Of a stretch of 64,000 nucleotides of DNA, positions 59,235-64,000 are shown piece by piece; positions within the stretch are counted from its first letter, which is position 1, and each line of letters starts with the position of its first letter. Below the pieces are notes generated by a model that saw only the letters and a list, made by a program, of their open reading frames with translations, was not told the DNA's origin and made no database searches. The stretch lies in NCBI GenBank assembly GCA_050701515.1, contig JBOGDB010000104.1, one strand, 5' to 3'. This DNA is from Mycobacterium sp. (GTDB lineage: Bacteria; Actinomycetota; Actinomycetes; Mycobacteriales; Mycobacteriaceae). The translations under genes were made by a program, and so were the position numbers.

Positions 59235-59981
59235 ATGATCGACGAAAGCACCGGGATCCGGTTCGAGGCCTGGGTCAAACGATTCCCGGGCGTCAGGCCC
59301 GGCGGTGCCACCGTGGTGTTCCCGCACGCCGGCGGTGCGGCAGCCGCGTATCGCACCTTCACAACAGCATTGGCGCGCAACGGCACCGACGCCTACCTGG
59401 TGCAATACCCGCAGCGCGCCGACCGTCTTACCCATCCCGCCGCAGCGACGATCGAGGACCTCGCAACCGACCTCTTCCACGCCGGCGACTGGAAGAAGGT
59501 GGGGCCGCTGAAACTGTTCGGTCACTGCATGGGCGCGGTGGTGGCCTTCGAGTTCGCCCGCATCGCCGAGAGTGCGGGCCTGACCGTGCAGCAGCTCTGG
59601 GCGTCTGCGAGCCAGGCGCCGTCGGCCGTCGCGGGCGGACCGCCGGCTCCCACCACCGACCGCGAACTGCTCGCCGACATGGTCGATCTCGGCGGTACCG
59701 ATCCCCGTCTGCTCGCGGACGCGGATTTCGTCGACTTGCTGCTGCCCGCAGTGCGGGCGGACTACCAGGCCTTCAACCGCTACTCCTGCGGCCGCTACGT
59801 AGCGATCGGCGCCGACCTCCATACACTCGGCGGACGCAGTGACCATCGGATCTCAGAAGACATGCTGCAGGAGTGGAAGTTCCACACCGCCGGCGCCTTC
59901 ACACTGTCGCTGTTTGACGGCGGACACTTCTACGTCAACGACCACGTCGATGCCGTGGCCCAGCTGATCGATGAGTGCTAG
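59235..59981 (+). CDS. mbtT: Stand-alone thioesterase of the mycobactin cluster
   Basis: FPHAGG, QYPQRADR, GHCMG and DGGHFY. Confidence 0.85.
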   Translation: MIDESTGIRFEAWVKRFPGVRPGGATVVFPHAGGAAAAYRTFTTALARNGTDAYLVQYPQRADRLTHPAAATIEDLATDLFHAGDWKKVGPLKLFGHCMGAVVAFEFARIAESAGLTVQQLWASASQAPSAVAGGPPAPTTDRELLADMVDLGGTDPRLLADADFVDLLLPAVRADYQAFNRYSCGRYVAIGADLHTLGGRSDHRISEDMLQEWKFHTAGAFTLSLFDGGHFYVNDHVDAVAQLIDEC

Positions 59982-61323
59982 CGGCGGCGCGCAGGCCGGC
60001 GATCCCATTGTGATCGCCGGCATGGCGCTCGAGGCACCCGGCGGCGTGGAGACCGCGGACGACTACTGGTCACTTCTCGCCGAGCAGCGCGAGGCGCTGG
60101 TGCCGTTCCCGGCGGACCGCGGATGGTCGGTACGCGACGTGCTCGACGGCTCGCGCCGCGACGGCTTCAAGCCGATCCGCGACCTCGGCGGGTTCCTCAC
60201 CGGCGCAGGAAACTTCGACCCCGGCTTCTTCGGGATCTCGCCACGCGAGGCGGTCGCGATGGATCCACAACAGCGCGTCGCCCTGCGACTGGCGTGGCGC
60301 GCGTTGGAGAACAGCGGCATCAATCCCGACGACCTGGCGGGCCATGACGTCGGCTGTTACATCGGGGCATCGCTCACCGGATACGGGCCTGAGCTCGCCG
60401 AATACTCCAGCCATACCGGGCATCTGATGACCGGCACGTCGCTCGGGGTGATCTCTGGACGCATTGCCTTCACCCTCGGCCTGGCCGGTCCCGCGTTGAC
60501 CATCGACACGTCGTGCTCGTCAGCCCTGGTCGCATTCCACCTCGCGACGCAGGCGCTGCGAATCGGTGACTGCGACCTCGCGCTGGCCGGCGGGGTGTGC
60601 GTGATGGGGTCGCCCGGCTACTTCGTGGAATTCTCCAAACAGCATGCGCTGTCCGATGACGGGCACTGCCGCCCCTACAGCGCGCACGCCAGCGGCACGG
60701 TATGGGCCGAGGGCGCAGCGGTTTTCGTCCTGCAGCGCCGGTCGGGGGCGCTGCGGGATGGCCGCCGCATCCTCGCCGAGGTTCGGGCCACCTGCATCAA
60801 CCAGGATGGCCGCAGCACCGGTTTGACCGCGCCGAGTGGCCCCGCCCAGGAACGACTGTTTCGACGCGCCATCGAACAGGCCGGAGTCCGACCCGTCGAC
60901 ATCGGAATGATCGAGGGCCATGGCACCGGCACCCGAATCGGCGACCGCACCGAGTTGAGATCGCTGGCCGCCACGTATGGCGCGACCGAGCCTGGGCGCG
61001 GCGCAATGCTCGGATCGGTCAAGTCCAATCTCGGGCACACTCAGGCTGCGGCCGGGGCACTCGGCCTCGCGAAGGTCGTCATCGCCGGGGACCGGCAGAC
61101 GATCCCGCCGATGCTGCACGTCGACGAGTACAGCCGCGAGATCGATTGGGAAGCCCAGGGGTTGCGGCTGGCCGACAAGCTGCTCCGATGGCCCGCCCGT
61201 GACGGAGGCCGGCTGGCGGCAGTGTCGGCGTTCGGGATGAGTGGCACGAACTCGCACGTGATCGTGTCGATGCCCGCCGCGCACGCAAGGAGCAAAACAA
61301 CCGACGGGGAGTACGCCGAATGA
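59971..61323 (+). CDS. mbtC: Polyketide synthase KS subunit
   Basis: MDPQQR, DTSCSS, EGHGTGT and KSNLGHTQ. Confidence 0.92.
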   Translation: MSASGGAQAGDPIVIAGMALEAPGGVETADDYWSLLAEQREALVPFPADRGWSVRDVLDGSRRDGFKPIRDLGGFLTGAGNFDPGFFGISPREAVAMDPQQRVALRLAWRALENSGINPDDLAGHDVGCYIGASLTGYGPELAEYSSHTGHLMTGTSLGVISGRIAFTLGLAGPALTIDTSCSSALVAFHLATQALRIGDCDLALAGGVCVMGSPGYFVEFSKQHALSDDGHCRPYSAHASGTVWAEGAAVFVLQRRSGALRDGRRILAEVRATCINQDGRSTGLTAPSGPAQERLFRRAIEQAGVRPVDIGMIEGHGTGTRIGDRTELRSLAATYGATEPGRGAMLGSVKSNLGHTQAAAGALGLAKVVIAGDRQTIPPMLHVDEYSREIDWEAQGLRLADKLLRWPARDGGRLAAVSAFGMSGTNSHVIVSMPAAHARSKTTDGEYAE

Positions 61324-64000
61324 TGTCTCCGCTGACTTTCCCCGACGGACGCGTCCCCGTCCTGTTGAGCGCGCATGACGAGGATCTCATCAAGGGCGAC
61401 GCCGAGGTGATCCTGCGCTACCTGGACCGGTCACCCGGCGTCGAATCCGTCGCCGCGACCCTGCTGCGCACCCGTCGGACCCGTCGCCACCGAACGGTGA
61501 TCCGGGCCACCGATCGAACCGAGCTCGCCGACGGGCTGCGGGCAATTGCCGCCGGCCGGGAGCATCCGCTGGTAGCCAGGTCGTCCGAAAGTGCGTGCTC
61601 GCGACTGGCATTCGTGTTCCCCGGCCAGGGCACGCAATGGCCGGGAATGGGTGCGCAGGCCTACGACCGGCTGCCCGCCTACCGCGCCGAGGCCGATCGC
61701 TGCGCCGCCGCGTTCGCCGAGCACGGCGGCGCCTCCCCTCTGCCGTACCTGACCGGCGAATGCGGCGCGCAGACGTTCTCCCAGATCGAGACGCAAGGTG
61801 CTCAGTTCACCCACGCGGTCGCGCTGGCCGAGGTCTGGCGGAATTGCGGTGTCCGGCCCGACATCACGGTCGGTCACAGCCTCGGCGAAATCGGCGCGGC
61901 CTACGTAGCGGAAATGATCTCACTGCCCGATGCGGTCGCGGCAGTCGCCGCGCGGGCCCATGTCGTCGACCTACTGCCCGGCACGTACGGCATGACGGTG
62001 CTCGGTATCTCCGCCGCCGAAGCGCAGGAGCTCATCGCCGCGACCGACGGATGGCTCGAGCTGTCGGCAGTCAATTCCGATTCGTCGGTCGTGGTGTCGG
62101 GGGACCGCGACGCGGTTACCGCCATCACCGACACCGTCGACGGCCGCGGGCAGCTCGCCCGGCAGATCGCCGTCGACTATCCGGGCCACACCAGCGCGCT
62201 CGAACCGCTCCGCGACGAACTGCGATCGCGGTTGCCGCGCACCCGATTCACCGACGCCCCCATCCAATTCATCGGATCCACGACCGTCGCCGTCGTCGAT
62301 GCAAACACCGACTTCGCCGACTACTGGTGTGAAAACCTGCGCAACACGGTGCGTTTCGATCGCGCAATCGACTCGGCACTCGGCGGTGGCGCAGGCGCCT
62401 TCATCGAGATGTCGGCTCATCCCTCGCTCCTGTATGCGCTCGCCGACCTGGCCGACGACGCCGCCGTGCTGGCCGGGTCCGGTCGACGCGATGAACCGCT
62501 GACCGAGGTGCTGTCCGCCAACATCGCCGCTGCCGCGGTCACCGACCCCGGCTACCGATGGACCGACCTAGTCGACGTCTCGCAGCGGCCGCTGAGCGAG
62601 TTCCCGAATGCGCCGATGAAGGCGGTGCACATGTGGGTCGTGCCCGATCCGCTGCCACCACCGCCGAAGCTGACCATCGCCCTCGAAACCTGGGTGCATA
62701 CGTCACTCCCCGCGCTCGCGGTGTCCTTGTCGACACGCCGCATTGCGGTGCTCGACCGTGGTGCGGACACCGCGCTCTGCACAACGTTACGCGCGGCGAT
62801 CGAGCGCTATCCCGGTGTGTCCGCGGCACCGGCGGCAGACGCCGACACACTCGTGGTGGTCGCGCCGCCGCTGGACCAATCGGATGCGGTTCGAGCTATC
62901 GATGACCTCGCCGCATCGGTCGGTGCCGGGCTGCTGAACTACGTAGACGCCATCGGCCCACGGTGCCGCGAGGTGTGGTTGGTGACGGCCGGGGGAGAGC
63001 AGGTGCGGCCCGGCGAGTCGGTGCCATTGCCCGCCCAGGCCGCGCTGGCCGCCATGCACCGCAGTATCGGACTCGAACATCCCGACCAAACCTTCCGTCA
63101 CCTCGACCTTCCGACATGGGACGAAGCGACGGTGCCGCTGGAAACCATCATCGATGCGTTACTGACCGACACAAGCGAGGTCGCGCTGCGCGAATCTGCG
63201 GCCGGGCCGGTGCTGTACCGGCGCGAGGTGCGCGAACAGGTTCGGGGCGAACTCTCCGCACCACGCTGGCCGCTGGAGTCAGGCGTACTGGACAACGTCG
63301 TGATCGCCGGCGGCACCGGTGCCATCGGCCTGCACTATGCGCGCTATCTGGCCGAACGCGGTGCCGGACGCATCGTGCTGCTTGGCCGGCGCGGTGTCGA
63401 CGAAGCGGTGCTCGACGAACTGCGGAACGGTTCCGACACCGAGATCATCGCTGTCCCATGTGATCTCACCGACAGCGACCACGTCTCTGCGGTCGCTGCG
63501 GAGTTCGCAGCCGACGGCGCATCCCTGCTGATCCACGCCGCCGGAACGGCCACGCTCGCCACCCGAGAACGCATCAATGCAGCGTCGCTGATTGCCAACA
63601 CGGCAGCCAAGACCGTCGGCCTCTCGCACGTCGTCGACACGTGGCCGTTAAAGTCAGACGCCCGAATCCTGTTGTGCTCATCTGTGATCGGGGTGTGGGG
63701 AGGGAAGGGCGGCGCGGCCTACGCGGCGGCTAACCGAATCCTTGACGTGACGGCCGGGCAACTGCGCGCGATGGGATTGCGCTGCTTCGCGGTGCGGTGG
63801 GGGCTGTGGGAGGGGCGCGGCATCGTCGACGACGCCGAGGCCGCCCGTGTGGAGCGCGCGGGCCTGCGGCCGATGCCCGCCGTGCCCGCAATCGAGGCCA
63901 GCCTGTTCGATTATCCCGTCGACCCGCTGGTTCTCGCCGCTGACGCCGACCGCCTGCGAATGTTCGTCAGCAGTCAAGGCGCGACCGATCCGGAGCCGAC
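61320..64000 (+). CDS. mbtD: Polyketide synthase AT-KR subunit, partial (runs off window; absent from ORF track)
   Basis: Same reading frame at FPGQGTQW (61617), GHSLG (61872), GGTGAIG (about 63309) and the KR catalytic YAAAN; DYPGH AT motif. Confidence 0.9.
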   Translation, partial: MMSPLTFPDGRVPVLLSAHDEDLIKGDAEVILRYLDRSPGVESVAATLLRTRRTRRHRTVIRATDRTELADGLRAIAAGREHPLVARSSESACSRLAFVFPGQGTQWPGMGAQAYDRLPAYRAEADRCAAAFAEHGGASPLPYLTGECGAQTFSQIETQGAQFTHAVALAEVWRNCGVRPDITVGHSLGEIGAAYVAEMISLPDAVAAVAARAHVVDLLPGTYGMTVLGISAAEAQELIAATDGWLELSAVNSDSSVVVSGDRDAVTAITDTVDGRGQLARQIAVDYPGHTSALEPLRDELRSRLPRTRFTDAPIQFIGSTTVAVVDANTDFADYWCENLRNTVRFDRAIDSALGGGAGAFIEMSAHPSLLYALADLADDAAVLAGSGRRDEPLTEVLSANIAAAAVTDPGYRWTDLVDVSQRPLSEFPNAPMKAVHMWVVPDPLPPPPKLTIALETWVHTSLPALAVSLSTRRIAVLDRGADTALCTTLRAAIERYPGVSAAPAADADTLVVVAPPLDQSDAVRAIDDLAASVGAGLLNYVDAIGPRCREVWLVTAGGEQVRPGESVPLPAQAALAAMHRSIGLEHPDQTFRHLDLPTWDEATVPLETIIDALLTDTSEVALRESAAGPVLYRREVREQVRGELSAPRWPLESGVLDNVVIAGGTGAIGLHYARYLAERGAGRIVLLGRRGVDEAVLDELRNGSDTEIIAVPCDLTDSDHVSAVAAEFAADGASLLIHAAGTATLATRERINAASLIANTAAKTVGLSHVVDTWPLKSDARILLCSSVIGVWGGKGGAAYAAANRILDVTAGQLRAMGLRCFAVRWGLWEGRGIVDDAEAARVERAGLRPMPAVPAIEASLFDYPVDPLVLAADADRLRMFVSSQGATDPEP

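Overview
High-GC mycobacterial chromosomal window; gene order and a stand-alone mbtT resemble rapidly growing Mycolicibacterium (inference). The backbone matches the M. tuberculosis Rv2438c-Rv2381c region as I recall it: nadE, rbsK, proA, MoxR/vWA, nadD-rsfS-gpgP-octT-degV, comEA-comEC-holA, rpsT, ATP-grasp/alpha-E/transglutaminase, RNase Z-like, CBS, PemK-like, lepA, lppR-like, GH15 trehalase, subI-cysTWA, sirA-cysH-chelatase, hemW, and the start of the mycobactin cluster (mbtI, A, B, T, C, partial D). Accessory segments interrupt it. (1) A GntR plus CmtR/CDF/ICMT metal block at 2.1-4.8 kb. (2) A ~0.9 kb DUF559-like nuclease cassette bounded by perfect 18-bp terminal inverted repeats and a 36-bp direct repeat that duplicates the 3' end of the vWA gene; there is no transposase or integrase, and this is the best candidate for an undescribed mobile element. 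(3) A ~11.7 kb block at 28.3-40.0 kb. It holds an mddA-DUF4395-CstB-like-MFS operon facing an ArsR-rhodanese regulator across a 28-bp palindrome, a second CstB-like gene, and a TetR/P450 pair destroyed by one deletion. Three small ORFs are not called in the supplied track: two leaderless Cys-rich leader peptides, each followed by a Shine-Dalgarno-occluding hairpin, and a 25-aa membrane peptide. No rRNA, tRNA, CRISPR array or transposase was seen. All family assignments come from motif recognition and recall, not from database searches.
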